A stretch of 64,000 nucleotides of DNA from an uncultured delta proteobacterium (GCA_963789395.1 CAWBKP010000004.1:74503-138502), one strand, 5' to 3'; positions 35,300-46,506 are shown, numbered from the stretch's first letter. The notes: generated from the letters alone by a model not told the origin. Made by a program: numbers and translations.

Positions 35300-35632
35300 C
35301 GGTTGTCCCTTCTGACCCCGGAGGAAGTCGGGATATCCAGTATTGTTGCTGCTGAGCACTGATTCGGTGTTGCCAATTCACAGAAGAAAAAAAAGAATGA
35401 ATCCGCCTTGAAAGATTTTCTGGATTTTGTCACCCTGCTGGATTGGCCTTGCGTGGCATCTCCTCTTTATGGACAGATTCGTGGACAGCTTCAGAAACAG
35501 GGAACGCCGATCGGCGCCATGGAACTTCTCATTGCTTCTCATGCCCTGTTTATCGATACGGTACTGGTGACAAACAACACAAAGGAATTCGAACGCGTAC
35601 CTGATCTGAAACTTGAAAACTGGCACTTGTAG
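35300..35632 (+). pseudogene. 5'-truncated VapC fragment (copy of the 55849 toxin)
   Basis: DNA matches 55922 onward; GTPIGAM..LVTNN. Confidence 0.75.
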
Positions 35633-35718
35633 CCCTCCCGCTTTTACCCCTTCACGCCCTCCCGCTCTCACGGCTTTTAAGCCCTCCCCATAGCCTACTA
35701 TAGACCCTTTAATTTCCT

Positions 35719-35919
35719 AACTACTCAAGTATCCAGGAGTCAGAATTCAGGAGCCAGAATGAGGGACCCAGCAAACCCGTTTTTTCCAATATTGTCCAAA
35801 AGTCCCTTGGTGATGTTACTGAGCCAGCCCGCTTGATTGAAGAAGACGCCAAATTTCTCGAAGGTTATATGCGGGCCATTCTGAGTTCTGGCTCCTGAGT
35901 TCGGTATACCTGAGTAGTT
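35719..35919. mobile_element. MITE-like element with nested inverted repeats around a gene remnant
   Basis: AACTACTCAAGTAT...ATACCTGAGTAGTT (1 mismatch); inner CAGGAGCCAGAA...TTCTGGCTCCTG. Confidence 0.55.
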
Positions 35920-36099
35920 GCTAATTTTCTTGAAAATATGTTCAAATCGACTTATACATATAACGTAAAGGCAGCTTTGAACACCCTGTGCCTCAGGTTG
36001 CGTGCCGAACCGAATTGAAAAAGACAGGATTTTGGAATAATCCAGACCCGTGATCGGTTGATAATAGCGATAGAAGCGGTTCCTGAAGGGGGAAAAAAT

Positions 36100-36312
36100 A
36101 TGCGATTTAAAGTCATATTGAGACCGGATTTGGAGGATGGGGGATTCAACGTGAGTTGCCCTGCTCTACCTGGCTGTCATTCCCAGGGAGAAACAGAAAC
36201 AGAAGCTGTTGCCAATATACAGGAAGCCATCGAGGGATGCCTTGAAGTTCTTAATGAACGCGCACATATCTGTCACCCTGATGAACAGATACTTGAAGTG
36301 GCTATTGGATGA
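36100..36312 (+). CDS. hicB: HicB-family antitoxin
   Basis: DGGFNVSCPALPGCHSQGET..NIQEAI. Confidence 0.88.
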   Translation: MRFKVILRPDLEDGGFNVSCPALPGCHSQGETETEAVANIQEAIEGCLEVLNERAHICHPDEQILEVAIG

Positions 36313-36461
36313 CGCGTTTAGGCTCATACTCAGGTGATCGAGTGGTGCGAGCCTTTCAACGGGCGGGATGGAAAATATCACCACAAAAAGGCAGCCATGT
36401 GATTATGGAAAAAGCGGGTTTCGATCCAACGCTCTCTATACCGGAAACAAAAGATTTTTAA
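36309..36461 (+). pseudogene. HicA toxin, 3'-truncated (50 aa)
   Basis: SGDRVVRAFQRAGW..QKGSHVIM..TLSIP followed by a stop. Confidence 0.75.
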
Positions 36462-36482
36462 TAACAGGTTTCAAGGAGGCAA

Positions 36483-36689
36483 ATGATGAAAGCTTATGAA
36501 TACTTGGCTGAAATATTGCCGGATGGACATCTGTCAATTCCCGAAAACCTGATGGAAAAACTGATCGGAGAGTCTAAAATCAGGGTTATGCTTTTACTCG
36601 AAGATGAGGATACGCTTTGGAGCAATTTCGCTATGTCACAATTTATAAAAGGTTACCCTGAAAAGGATGCTGTCTATGACAGCCTTTAA
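36483..36689 (+). CDS. Putative antitoxin (uncharacterised), upstream of MazF-like toxin
   Basis: Small acidic ORF overlapping the toxin start. Confidence 0.6.
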   Translation: MMKAYEYLAEILPDGHLSIPENLMEKLIGESKIRVMLLLEDEDTLWSNFAMSQFIKGYPEKDAVYDSL

Positions 36690-37000
36690 ATTTGGCGATG
36701 TTGTACTGGTAGGCTTTCCTCACACTGATTTGCGGAATCTATCAAAAAGACCTGCATTCGTAATTTTTGATGCAGATGATCTGGATATTCTTGTCGCAAG
36801 GATAACCACTCAGGAATATAATACCGAGGCTGATTATAAAATCGTTGATTGGAAACGGAGCGGCCTATTTGCTGAATCATTCGTCAGGCTCAGCAAACAG
36901 GCAACTATTGAAAAGATCTATAATCAGGAGATTGGGAACATTGTCTGAATCTGAACAAGAAAATATAAAATCTGTATTGAGAGAAATCTTCAATTTGTAA
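36676..37000 (+). CDS. MazF/PemK toxin (frameshift near 36915)
   Basis: FGDVVLVGFPHTD..KRPA..ARITT; tail continues in another frame to TAA at 37000. Confidence 0.75.
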
Positions 37001-37007
37001 GTTTTTT

Positions 37008-37156
37008 TCCCATAGCCCCTCGCCACTTCACCCCTCCCGCTTTTACCCTCTCACCGCTCTCCCGCCCTCACGGCTTTTAAGCCCTCCCGCCCTTACCCTT
37101 TCACGCCCTCCCGCCCTCACGCCCTCACGTCTTTACCCCTCCCGCGTTCACCCCCT
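37008..37156 (+). repeat. Longest C-rich 8-mer repeat tract (CCCTCACG/CCCTCCCG family)
   Basis: Degenerate tandem units followed directly by the promoter TTGACA-17-TATACT at 37167. Confidence 0.85.
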
Positions 37157-37222
37157 TATCCAATAATTGACAATCGCATATGAAGTCACTATACTCCGGT
37201 AAAAAAGTAAAGAGGTAAAACC

Positions 37223-37498
37223 ATGCGAATCAGCAGCAAACGACAGATATCCATTCCCAAGCATGTGATGACTGCCATGAATCTGGAACCTGGCGACGAA
37301 ATCGATATCCGGGTTGAAAACGGTGCCGCCTATATTATACCCATTACCACGATCAAGGTGCCCAGGGATCAGGCGTGGTTCTGGACAAAAGAATGGCAGG
37401 AAAAAGAAAAGGAAGCCGATGCCGACATCACCGAAGGAAATGTCCGTGATTTTGAAAGTATAGAAGCACTTATGAAAGATCTGCACGATGATCATTAG
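37223..37498 (+). CDS. AbrB/MazE-type antitoxin
   Basis: RISSKRQISIP..QAWFWTKEWQ. Confidence 0.8.
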   Translation: MRISSKRQISIPKHVMTAMNLEPGDEIDIRVENGAAYIIPITTIKVPRDQAWFWTKEWQEKEKEADADITEGNVRDFESIEALMKDLHDDH

Positions 37499-37746
37499 AC
37501 GGACAAACGCCTTTTTAAAGGATTACAGGGGACTGCCATCCAAAATCCGGGATCGTGTCGATAAACAGTTGTATTTGTTGGTTGAGAATTTTCGCCATCC
37601 TTCCCTGAGGCTGAAAAAATTGTCAGGGACGGATAAAATTGAAATCCGTATCAGCAAGGGGTACCGCCTGACCTTGCGTATTGAAAAAAACGCGGATCGA
37701 ACTGCGACGTGTCGGCACACACGACATTCTGAAAGACGAGGGATAA
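37488..37746 (+). CDS. RelE-superfamily toxin (frameshift near 37690)
   Basis: FLKDY..RHPSLRLKKL..EIRISKGYRL; tail LRRVGTHDIL in another frame. Confidence 0.75.
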
Positions 37747-37920
37747 GGATCAAAACAAAGGAATTGTCAAAAGGCTTTTCCCATACCCTTCGCCCCTCGC
37801 CCTCCCGCCCTCACGTCTTTACCCCTTACCCCCCTCCCGCAACAAAAAAGAACTATTTGACATCCGAACCCGATAGATATACATTTTAAACATGTATATC
37901 CAAACCCCTGGAGGACATCC

Positions 37921-38154
37921 ATGCAAATTTCAAAATGGGGCAACAGCCTGGCTGTGCGTTTGCCCGCTGTCGTGGTGGAGGCGATGGGTCTCAAGGAAGG
38001 CGATCATATCGAAATTCATGCTGTCGGCTCCCGCATTTTTCAGATCGATAAGATCCCGGATAACCTGGCGGTTCTATCACGTCTGAGAAAATACCGCGGC
38101 CGTCTGCCCAAAGATTTCAAGTTTGACAGGATGGAGGCGCATGAACGCGGATAA
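37921..38154 (+). CDS. vapB: AbrB-type VapB antitoxin
   Basis: MQISKWGNSLAVRLP..FKFDRMEAHER. Confidence 0.85.
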   Translation: MQISKWGNSLAVRLPAVVVEAMGLKEGDHIEIHAVGSRIFQIDKIPDNLAVLSRLRKYRGRLPKDFKFDRMEAHERG

Positions 38155-38575
38155 GATTTTTTTCGACACAAACATCCTGCTGTATCTTTTTTCGCAGGAT
38201 GACGCCAAAGCCGAACGGGCGGAAGCGCTGCTGGCAGACGGTGGATTGATCAGCGTTCAGGTGCTCAATGAACTGGCTTCCGTGGCTATGCTGAGGCTCA
38301 AGATGTCGTGGGGCGAAACCCGCGAAGTCCTTTCTTTGATACGCACACTTTGCAAGGTTGAGTCCGTTACACTGGCAACACATGAACAGGGGATTTTTCT
38401 TGCCGAACGCTACGGGTTTTCCATTTATGACGCCATGATTACGGCATCGGCACTTCTTTCCGGTTGCCGTACCCTGTATACCGAAGACCTTCAGAACGGC
38501 CAGAGGATCGAAAAAAGTCTTATGATCTGCAACCCGTTTGTTTGGCCACCGGATTGCCAAAGAAATTCTAAATGA
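38141..38575 (+). CDS. vapC: VapC PIN toxin
   Basis: FFDTNILLY, SVQVLNE, YDAMI and LYTEDLQNG. Confidence 0.85.
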   Translation: MNADKIFFDTNILLYLFSQDDAKAERAEALLADGGLISVQVLNELASVAMLRLKMSWGETREVLSLIRTLCKVESVTLATHEQGIFLAERYGFSIYDAMITASALLSGCRTLYTEDLQNGQRIEKSLMICNPFVWPPDCQRNSK

Positions 38576-38577
38576 CC

Positions 38578-38899
38578 TCATTGCATATGCAGTTCACCGC
38601 CGGCATTGACCGTGTTCATGCGATACTGGGGAATCTTTTTCAGAGTATCGCCCATTTCCTGTTCCGCAATCCGCAGCTCATAATTCTTTTGCAGGTTCAT
38701 CCAAATATCCGGGTCCGGTTCCGAACCACTTGCCCAGGCGCAGAGCCGTATCGCCGGTAATGCCGCGCTTTCCGGCAATAATCTGCGTGAGCCGGTTCGT
38801 CGGTACGCCCAGTTCTTTCGCAAGAGTGTTTGCGCTCATGCCGAGAGCTTTCAGCTCGTCGGCCAGGTGTTCCCCAGGATGAATGATAAGTCGCGCCAT
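38578..38899 (-). CDS. higA: HigA antitoxin (frameshift near 38712)
   Basis: IHPGEHL..ITGDTALRL; WMNLQKNYEL in the next frame. Confidence 0.85.
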
Positions 38900-38910
38900 A
38901 GTTTTACCTC

Positions 38911-39192
38911 CTAGTGATAATCCGCAATTTCCACGTTAAGTGCGCCTGGTGATCCATCCGGCCATTCAAAACAAATCCGCCATTGATCGTTGATGCGAAT
39001 ACTGTATTGGCCTTTACGATCCCCCTTGAGTGCTTCGAGGTGGTTTCCAGGTGTATTTAACGCCATCAGTCGGTCGGCAGCGTGGAGCCTATCCAATCGC
39101 AGGATTGCAGCCCGCTCGATCCCCTGAAACGCCTTTACCCTTTCGCCGTCGAAAAACACCCGCGTCCGTTTGTCGCGGAAACTTATAATCAT
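38911..39192 (-). CDS. higB: HigB toxin
   Basis: PGNHLEALKGDRKGQYSIRINDQWRICF..DYH. Confidence 0.9.
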   Translation of the reverse strand: MIISFRDKRTRVFFDGERVKAFQGIERAAILRLDRLHAADRLMALNTPGNHLEALKGDRKGQYSIRINDQWRICFEWPDGSPGALNVEIADYH

Positions 39193-39289
39193 GTTCTACC
39201 CTACATTGTTATACGCTGTACGTCAAGCGTCATGACTTTGCTGGAAGTTTTTGTTCTTGTCAATAATTTTGATGCATATTTCTGGGCAA

Positions 39290-39832
39290 ATCGGCACTTC
39301 TTTCCGGTTGCCGTACCCTGTATACCGAAGACCTTCAGAACGGCCAGAGGATCGAAAAAAGTCTTATGATCTGCAACCCGTTTGTTTTGCGGGGGTCCCC
39401 AAATACTGGACAATGTGCGAAGCTCCGGGCCATAACCTGAAAAGGATGCTGTCTATGACAGCCTATAATTTTGGCGATGTTGTACTGATTAGCTTTCATC
39501 CGGTTGTCCCTTCTGACCCCGGAGGAAGTCGGGATATCCAGTATTGTTGCTGCTGAGCTCTGGTTCGGTGTTGCCAATTCACAGAAGAAAAAAAGAATGA
39601 ATCCGCCTTGAAAGATTTTCTGGAATTTGTCACCCTGCTGGATTGGCCTTGCGAGGCATCTCCTCTTTATGGACAGATTCGTGCACAGCTTCAGAAACAG
39701 GGAACGTCGATCGGTGCCATGGATCTTCTCATTGCTTCACATGCCCTGTTCATCGATTCGGTACTCGTGACAAACAACACCAGAGAATTTGAACGGGTAC
39801 CTGATCTGAGAATTGAAAACTGGCTTTTCTGA
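39290..39832 (+). pseudogene. Mosaic: VapC tail + repeated block + 5'-truncated VapC
   Basis: Matches 38450-38540, then 35188-35625. Confidence 0.7.
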
Positions 39833-39968
39833 TTTCCCATAGCCCATAGCCTATCGCCCCTCTCCTATTTTTCCCCATAGCCTCGCCGCTCAGGGCAAAA
39901 ACAGGCTTGACACCGGGGAGCAGGGGATTTAAAGCAGTGGTGAAACCTACTTATTGAGGCAGCGTAGA

Positions 39969-40247
39969 TCAGGCGGATTCGCGCAACAGGATATCGTGAG
40001 TTCCGATTGCGCGGAAAACAATTGTATCGCCATCAAAATTAAACGTAAATCGGTACTTCATTGTAACCGAACCTTCCCAACAACCGCGAGAGCCCTGGAT
40101 TTTCTTGACTCTGAGAGATGGGTGGAGAATATCTGCGAGAAATAACTTGAACTTTTCATCAAAAGCTTGACGAATTTCGAGGGGCAATGCATTGTATTGT
40201 TTTTTAAATCGCTTGCTGAATCGGTAAGCGTCTACTCTTTTAGCCAC
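39969..40247 (-). CDS. RelE-superfamily toxin
   Basis: HPSLRVKKIQG..WEGSVTMKYRFTF..IGTHDIL. Confidence 0.8.
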   Translation of the reverse strand: MAKRVDAYRFSKRFKKQYNALPLEIRQAFDEKFKLFLADILHPSLRVKKIQGSRGCWEGSVTMKYRFTFNFDGDTIVFRAIGTHDILLRESA

Positions 40248-40510
40248 TTCAGACCTTCTTCGGCAGTGTGAAAAGTCGGTGAAAGCTGATCGTTGTTAAT
40301 CTCTTCATCCACATCTGTTTCGGCCTTCTGCCATTCTTTTGTCCAGTACCATCCCTGTGACGGATCAATGAGCTTGCGGGGTTTTAAAACTGCATGGCCG
40401 CTTTCGACAACCATTTCAATATAGTCTCCGGGAACGATCTTAAGCGATTCAAGCACTTTTTTGGGTATCCGGATTTGCCCCTGGGGGCTGATTTTCATAA
40501 CGGTTGACAT
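40232..40510 (-). CDS. AbrB/MazE-type antitoxin
   Basis: KISPQGQIRIP..QGWYWTKEWQ. Confidence 0.8.
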   Translation of the reverse strand: MSTVMKISPQGQIRIPKKVLESLKIVPGDYIEMVVESGHAVLKPRKLIDPSQGWYWTKEWQKAETDVDEEINNDQLSPTFHTAEEGLKWLKE

Positions 40511-40639
40511 CTCGCGCTCCTGTAAAAAATAAATTTTTAAAGAAAGTAACAATATTAGGCTTTTAAGTCAACGATGAAAGCGGGTAAAATAGGAAAGGGG
40601 CGTGAGATGGAAAAATTAATTGAAAAATTAAAAATTCTA

Positions 40640-41160
40640 AACTGATAATGGGAATTTCGCAGAAGCAGCCCATATCGAGGAGATCTTTGTCGCCGCTCAC
40701 AATAGCATCCACCCCTGCGGTAACGGCACTGGAAAGAAAAATGTCATCACCGGCACGACGTCGCCGCTTTTCCACGTGACGACAAGGCGATTCAGCTTGC
40801 CGCCAAACAGGAGCGCCGAGACAAGCACGTTTGTGTCCAGAACAATGCGGATCACTCGGGGTTCTGTTGTCTTGACCATCGAATGGCCTCCACCACGTCC
40901 TCCTCGACAACGCCAAGCTTTTCCATCTTTTAACGGATCCCCGCCAGATCAGCGGCGATGGGCCGAACTCGAACAGGTTCGAGAATGATCCGGCCATCTT
41001 TAACGATGGCATCGAAGTATTCTATCCCCTTGAATACCTTCATTACCTCTCGCGGCAGCGTGATCTGGTTTTTGGTCGTTAATTTTGCAAGCATTCTTTT
41101 TCTCCTTACAATAAGAATATCGTTTTTCATTATTGTGTCAAGAGTAAAAATCTTCATTTA
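40640..41160 (-). pseudogene. Degraded second copy of the AbrB/PIN pair (31515-32137)
   Basis: Near-identical DNA with an internal deletion in the PIN gene near 40750 and an early stop in the antitoxin. Confidence 0.8.
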
Positions 41161-41303
41161 TCTGCCCTGCGAGACCTGCCGCAATGCCCGAAGCCCTTAG
41201 CCTATTTTTCCCCTCCCGCTCTCACGTTTATCTTGACACTTTTTTCAATTGGGGTAATAACTAAGGTCCTGATCCCCCCTGAAACACAGGTAAAGCATTG
41301 GCG

Positions 41304-41594
41304 ATGACTGAAAAAGATATATTGGACATCTTGCGGAAGGAAAAACGATATCTTCAGGAGAATTTTGGACTGCTGTCGATCGGATTGTTTGGCTCCTATT
41401 CCAAAGGCAAGCAGGGACCTGATAGTGATATCGACCTTCTTGTAGAATTGTCTGAACCACGCTTTGATTTTCTTGCAAGTATACAGATATACCTGCAAGA
41501 CAGAATAGGGAAACGTGTCGAGGTTATCCGAAAGAGAAAAAATTTACGTGATCAATTTTTGAGCCGGATTGAAAAAAGCATACATTATGTTTGA
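41304..41594 (+). CDS. MNT antitoxin, second copy of 34711..35001
   Basis: Protein differs from the first copy at 2 residues. Confidence 0.85.
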   Translation: MTEKDILDILRKEKRYLQENFGLLSIGLFGSYSKGKQGPDSDIDLLVELSEPRFDFLASIQIYLQDRIGKRVEVIRKRKNLRDQFLSRIEKSIHYV

Positions 41595-42140
41595 AGATGA
41601 AATAATGGATACCTTGGATCTGATGGTGGAATCTATAAACCTGGTAGGAAACGATTTTCAAAAATTCTGGAAGCCGCCGATTTTGTTGCTTCAACGGAAG
41701 GAGTTACCCTGCTCGATGCAATTTCAATGAGGCTGCAAGTCAGCGGATAAGATTTTTTCGACACAAACATCCTGCTGTATCTTTTTTCGCAGGATGACGC
41801 CAAAGCCGAACGGGCAGAAGCGCTGCTGGCAGACGGTGGATTGATAAGCGTTCAGGTGCTCAATGAACTGGCTTCCGTGGTCATGCGGAAGCTCAAGATG
41901 TCGTGGGTCGAAACCCGCGAAGTCCTTTCTTTGATACGCACACTTTGCAAGGTTGAGCCCGTTACACTGGCAACACATGAACAGGGGATTTTTCTTGCCG
42001 AACGCTACGGTTTTTCCATTTATGACGCCATGATTACGGCATCGGCACTTCTTTCCGGTTGCCGTACCCTGTATACCGAAGACCTTCAGAACGGCCAGAG
42101 GATCGAAAAAAATCTTATGACCTGCAACCCGTTTGTTTAG
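41587..42140 (+). pseudogene. DUF86/HEPN 5' fragment fused to a startless VapC copy
   Basis: LLDAISMRLQV joins GCGGATAAGATT (copy of 38147 onward) at ~41743. Confidence 0.7.
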
Positions 42141-42206
42141 CCACTGGATTGCCAAAGAAATTCTAAAATAAGATCCGTATTTCCAGCAAAGCGTGTGTGT
42201 TTGATG

Positions 42207-42498
42207 TCAGGGCGGAACCATCCGTTCCGGAGGAGACATCGATATCGGGGTGTTTTTTTGCATGAAACCTTCTCTGGACGAATTAACCTGTCTCCGGAGC
42301 TGCCTGCAACAGGTATTGGCATTTGATGAAATCGATCTGGTCGTACTGAATGATGCATCCCCAATCCTGCGCTTTGAAGCCGCCTCCGGCCGGCCGGTGT
42401 ATGTGAATGATTTGGAACGCCGGGATGCATTTGTCTCGCTGACAGCACGCGAATATGAAGATGAAATGGCACAATGGCGCATGGCCCTATCGGCATGA
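42207..42498 (+). pseudogene. 5'-truncated MntA copy
   Basis: Matches 33496-33787 and 49541-49832. Confidence 0.75.
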
Positions 42499-42826
42499 GA
42501 AAGTGGGCGGGCCTGTTGTTATCGCCCCTCGCCCTTAGCCTGTGCAAGGGTGCATCCACTCAAGAGATTGCCGGATGCGCCCTTTGCTGACGTATGCCTG
42601 CGTCTGAATCAAATAATCCAGCTAACATAGACATAGCCTCGCCGCTCAGGGCAAAAACAGGCTTGACACTGGGGAGCAGGGAATTTAAAGCAGTGGTAAA
42701 TGAGAATTTCTAAGGCGGTAAAAAATAATCTGTAAGCTAAAAGTCAGTTACGCAAGCACAAAAAAAGTGATAATATGATTTTTCAGGATAGCCCATCCGC
42801 CTAGTAGAAAAATTAAAGGGAATACA

Positions 42827-43327
42827 ATGCTTAGACGCGCTCAAATAAAAAAATATCTCGAAGAGATTAACCAGACAATGAAGGATATGGGCGTAACCGG
42901 AGAGATTTGTATTTATGGCGAGGCCGTGATGTGCTTGGTTTTTAAATCGCGTCCAGCGACAATGGATATCGATGCAGTTTTTGAGCCGTCTAAAAAGATC
43001 AGAGACGCTGCGTCTGCGATAGCTGAAGCAAACGGTCTAAAAAAAGATTGGCTGAACGATGGCGTTAAGGGCTTTGTCGTAAAGCATGGACAAAAGATTT
43101 TGTTCAACTGGTCCAATTTGAAAATTTATTACCCGGAACCCGAATATATTCTGGCGATGAAGACGATGGCATCGAGGGTGGACACGACTGACAAGAAAGA
43201 TATCCAATTCTTGATTAAAGCGCTTAACATAAAGTCTTCCGAAGAGGTATTTAAAATCATTGAAAAATATTATCGGAAGAAACAAATCAAACCGGCCACC
43301 CAATATTTCATCATGGAGTTGTTCTAA
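42827..43327 (+). CDS. DUF6036-like nucleotidyltransferase (putative TA component)
   Basis: IYGEAVM..RPATMDIDA..DWLND..YILAMK. Confidence 0.65.
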   Translation: MLRRAQIKKYLEEINQTMKDMGVTGEICIYGEAVMCLVFKSRPATMDIDAVFEPSKKIRDAASAIAEANGLKKDWLNDGVKGFVVKHGQKILFNWSNLKIYYPEPEYILAMKTMASRVDTTDKKDIQFLIKALNIKSSEEVFKIIEKYYRKKQIKPATQYFIMELF

Positions 43328-43339
43328 GATAACCCTCTG

Positions 43340-44952
43340 TGTCAATGAAGGTGATACACGAACCCCTTGAAAAATTAGTGTAGGGCGGGTAAGGAATATC
43401 ACATATGGAAAGGACACAGACCATGAATACCCCAATGAATTTTAATAGAACTTTGATGGGAAGTACAGGAGCCCTTAGGGCGGATGTACTTCCCATCAAA
43501 GTTGCCCCTGCGGGAGCATCGGTGTCATTTAAACCGGATCCCGAAGTATAGCTCTGAATCAAAGCCACGAAGAAGATTTACAGCCGCCTATAAGCTGCGA
43601 ATCCTTCAGAAGGCTGATGCCTGTACTGAGCCTGGGCAAATTGGCGCTTTGCTTCGAAAGGAAGGCATATATTCCTCCAACCTTACCACTTGGCGAAAGC
43701 AAAGGGAAAAAGGCATTTTGGACAGTTTGGCACCTAAAAAGCGAGGCAGAAAGCAGATGGAGAAAAATCCACTTTCTGACGCAGTTGCCAAACTGCAAAA
43801 GGAAAATCAGCGTCTCAAGGACAAACTCAACAAGGCCGAAATGATCATTGAGGTGCAAAAAAAAATTTCAGAGATCCTGGGCCTGTCCCCCCTGAACGAA
43901 GGAGACATATGATGAATACTGTCTCTGAGCTGGCAAATCATGTGGGTCTGAAATCTGCCTGTGAAACTCTGGATTTTCCGCGTGCTACCTTTTACCGAAA
44001 CCGAAAAGGAGCGCCCTGTATTTCCATCAAACGGCCGGCTCCGCCGCTTTCTCTGAGCCAGGAGGAAAGAACATCCGTTCTGGATATCTTAAACAGTGAG
44101 CGCTTCCAGGATAAGTCTCCTTATGAAGTTTACCCTGCGCTTCTGGATGAAGGAACGCATCACTGCTCCATATCCACCATGTATCGGATTCTTGGGGCTC
44201 ATGACCAGGTTAAAGAGCGCAGAAAACAGGTACAGCGCCCTGCATATACCAAACCGGAACTTCTGGCCACCGGCCCGAACCAGCTGTGGTCATGGGATAT
44301 AACAAAACTGAAAAGTGTTTCCAAATGGACCTACTTTTATCTCTATGTCATCATTGATGTTTTCAGCCGCTACGTTGTGGGATGGCTGGTTGCTCACCGC
44401 GAGCAGAAATCCTTGGCATCAAAGCTGATTGAAGAAAGCTGCATCAAGCAAAACATTTCCCCGGGACAATTAACCGTGCATGCCGACAGGGGCTCGAGCA
44501 TGAAATCAAAAGAAGTTGCGCAGCTTCTTTGTGATCTGGGTGTTGTAAAAAGCCACAGCAGGCCACATGTCAGCAATGACAACCCTTTTTCCGAAGCCCA
44601 GTTCAAAACCCTCAAGTATTGCCCGGAATTCCCCGGCACCTTTGGCTCTATCGAAGATGCCAGGGCTTTTTGTAAGGACTTTTTCACCTGGTATAACACC
44701 TGCCATTACCATACGGGTATCGGTATGATGATACCGGAGCATCTTCACTACGGAACAGCGGATGCTATCTTTCAAAATCGATCCGATACCCTTTTGACGG
44801 CCTTTAATCAGCATCCGGAAAGATTCAAAAACAAATTGCCCAAACCGCCTGCATTGCCGGAGGCCGTATGGATCAATAACCCACAAAAAGCTGTAAACAG
44901 ACTGATCCGATTAGAGTAATTTAACCAAATGCGTGTCTCATTTTCATTGACA
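43340..44952 (+). mobile_element. IS3-family insertion sequence
   Basis: Terminal IRs TGTCAATGAA..ACACG / CGTGT..TTCATTGACA; OrfA ending 43912 and OrfB 43909..44919 (WSWDIT, HADRG, EAQFKTLK). Confidence 0.9.
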
Positions 44953-44984
44953 ATCCGCAAGACATTCGGCAGACGCAACTATCA

Positions 44985-45311
44985 ATGCTGGAAGATCCTG
45001 AAAACAAATGGATTTACCTCATGGACTTTGTGGATGACTTCAGATATTACAAGGACCTGTCGTCCATCAAAGATCCTGTATCTATGGGCAAAGACTCAGA
45101 GCTTGAGGCTTTACTGTCCTCTGTTGTTGAATATTTGTGCGATGAGATAGGTGCCACCCCCCCTGCGTGGTCATCTGATATTCCAGCCTGTAAAGAACCC
45201 TATTTCGTGCATGGCATGGAGAACCTTAAAGCTATATCTATTGTGGAAAGCCCGCTACGGTTCCGGATTAGAAAAATATTTGTATTGGAGAACTTTCTGT
45301 CACGGGTATAA
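44985..45311 (+). CDS. Partner of the DUF6036 protein (5' end may be disrupted by IS3)
   Basis: ALLSSVVEYLC..PPAW..ESPLRFRIRKIFV. Confidence 0.55.
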   Translation: MLEDPENKWIYLMDFVDDFRYYKDLSSIKDPVSMGKDSELEALLSSVVEYLCDEIGATPPAWSSDIPACKEPYFVHGMENLKAISIVESPLRFRIRKIFVLENFLSRV

Positions 45312-45747
45312 GATAAGATAGCACCACACAAATTCAAAGCACATAAGCCCTGTTTGGATCATTCCAGACAGGGCTTTTTTATGCACTCCGCAGCCTAGGG
45401 TTATCTGTTTGCCAGAACATTGTCGAATGTGCGGGGGCCCCCAAATACTGGACAACGAGCGAAGCTCCGGGCCATAACCTGAAAAGGATGCTGTCTATGA
45501 CAGCCTATAATTTTGGCGATGTTGTACTGATTAGCTTTCATCCGCCTTACATTACCTCTTGCCTGAATCATAATTTTTTGATCATAATATCTGACAAAAT
45601 TAATTATTATTGAGGTAAAGAAATGGAACCCCATAGAATTACTGATGAAATAAAAAGGTTAAGCCTTCCGCAAAGATTGATTCTTAGCTCAGGACATCTG
45701 GGATTCAATTGCTCTGGAAAGCGGCAAATTCGTGTCTATCACGAGTT

Positions 45748-45972
45748 TCATTTACGGTTCCGTGCCCGAGCAACGGCTTCATTGATGTCACTTCTTTTAA
45801 GCCCGGCAGATTTAGCCTGGCTTCGCGCTTTTGCAATGATCGCATCAAACTCGGTTATGGATGGGGGAGTTATTGCCTTGAGGATTACCACATCGTTGTC
45901 TCCGACAACGACAAACTGCATTCCGGAATGCAGTTTAAGCCGTTTTCGGATTTCCCCAGGGATGACACCCAT
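45748..45972 (-). pseudogene. AbrB-type antitoxin lacking N-terminus (smaller piece repeated at 56920-57045)
   Basis: IPGEIRKRL..FVVVGDNDVVILK. Confidence 0.6.
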
Positions 45973-46092
45973 AGCCTGTTTTTATCCCATAGCCCATAGC
46001 CCCTGGCCCATAGCCTTTTTTATCCCATCGCCTGTTGTTATCGCCTATTACCTGTTTTTACGATATCTGATACAAATTAAATAATCCTGAAG

Positions 46093-46302
46093 TTGATGGT
46101 AATTCTTCCCTATGATGAACGCGCTGCCCGTTGGCACGCTCAAGAGCGGGCAAGATTAGCGGCACAGGGTTTAACAGCGCCTTTTGTAGATGGACAAATT
46201 GCTGCCATTGCCAAAGTTAACAGTCTGATCCTCGTAACGCGAAATACATCGGATTATGAAAATTTCTCTGCTGTGAAGGTTCAGAATTGGCATATTCAAT
46301 AG
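46093..46302 (+). pseudogene. VapC 3' fragment
   Basis: PFVDGQIAAIA..LVTRNTSDY. Confidence 0.7.
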
Positions 46303-46506
46303 ACCCGTTACTTGTCACTCGATCAATAGGACCGTTCCATCTTTGTTCCGGACAAGGAAATCAAGATCCATTTTGCCGATCAGGGATTGGTTCAGGGCGA
46401 AGTAGCCTCGGGAAAAATGAGAGAAACGCATAAAAGCATGGATGTCCCCACAGCACCCACAGCAAAGGAGCAACCCCCAGGGGACACAAATTTAATAGGA
46501 TGCAAT

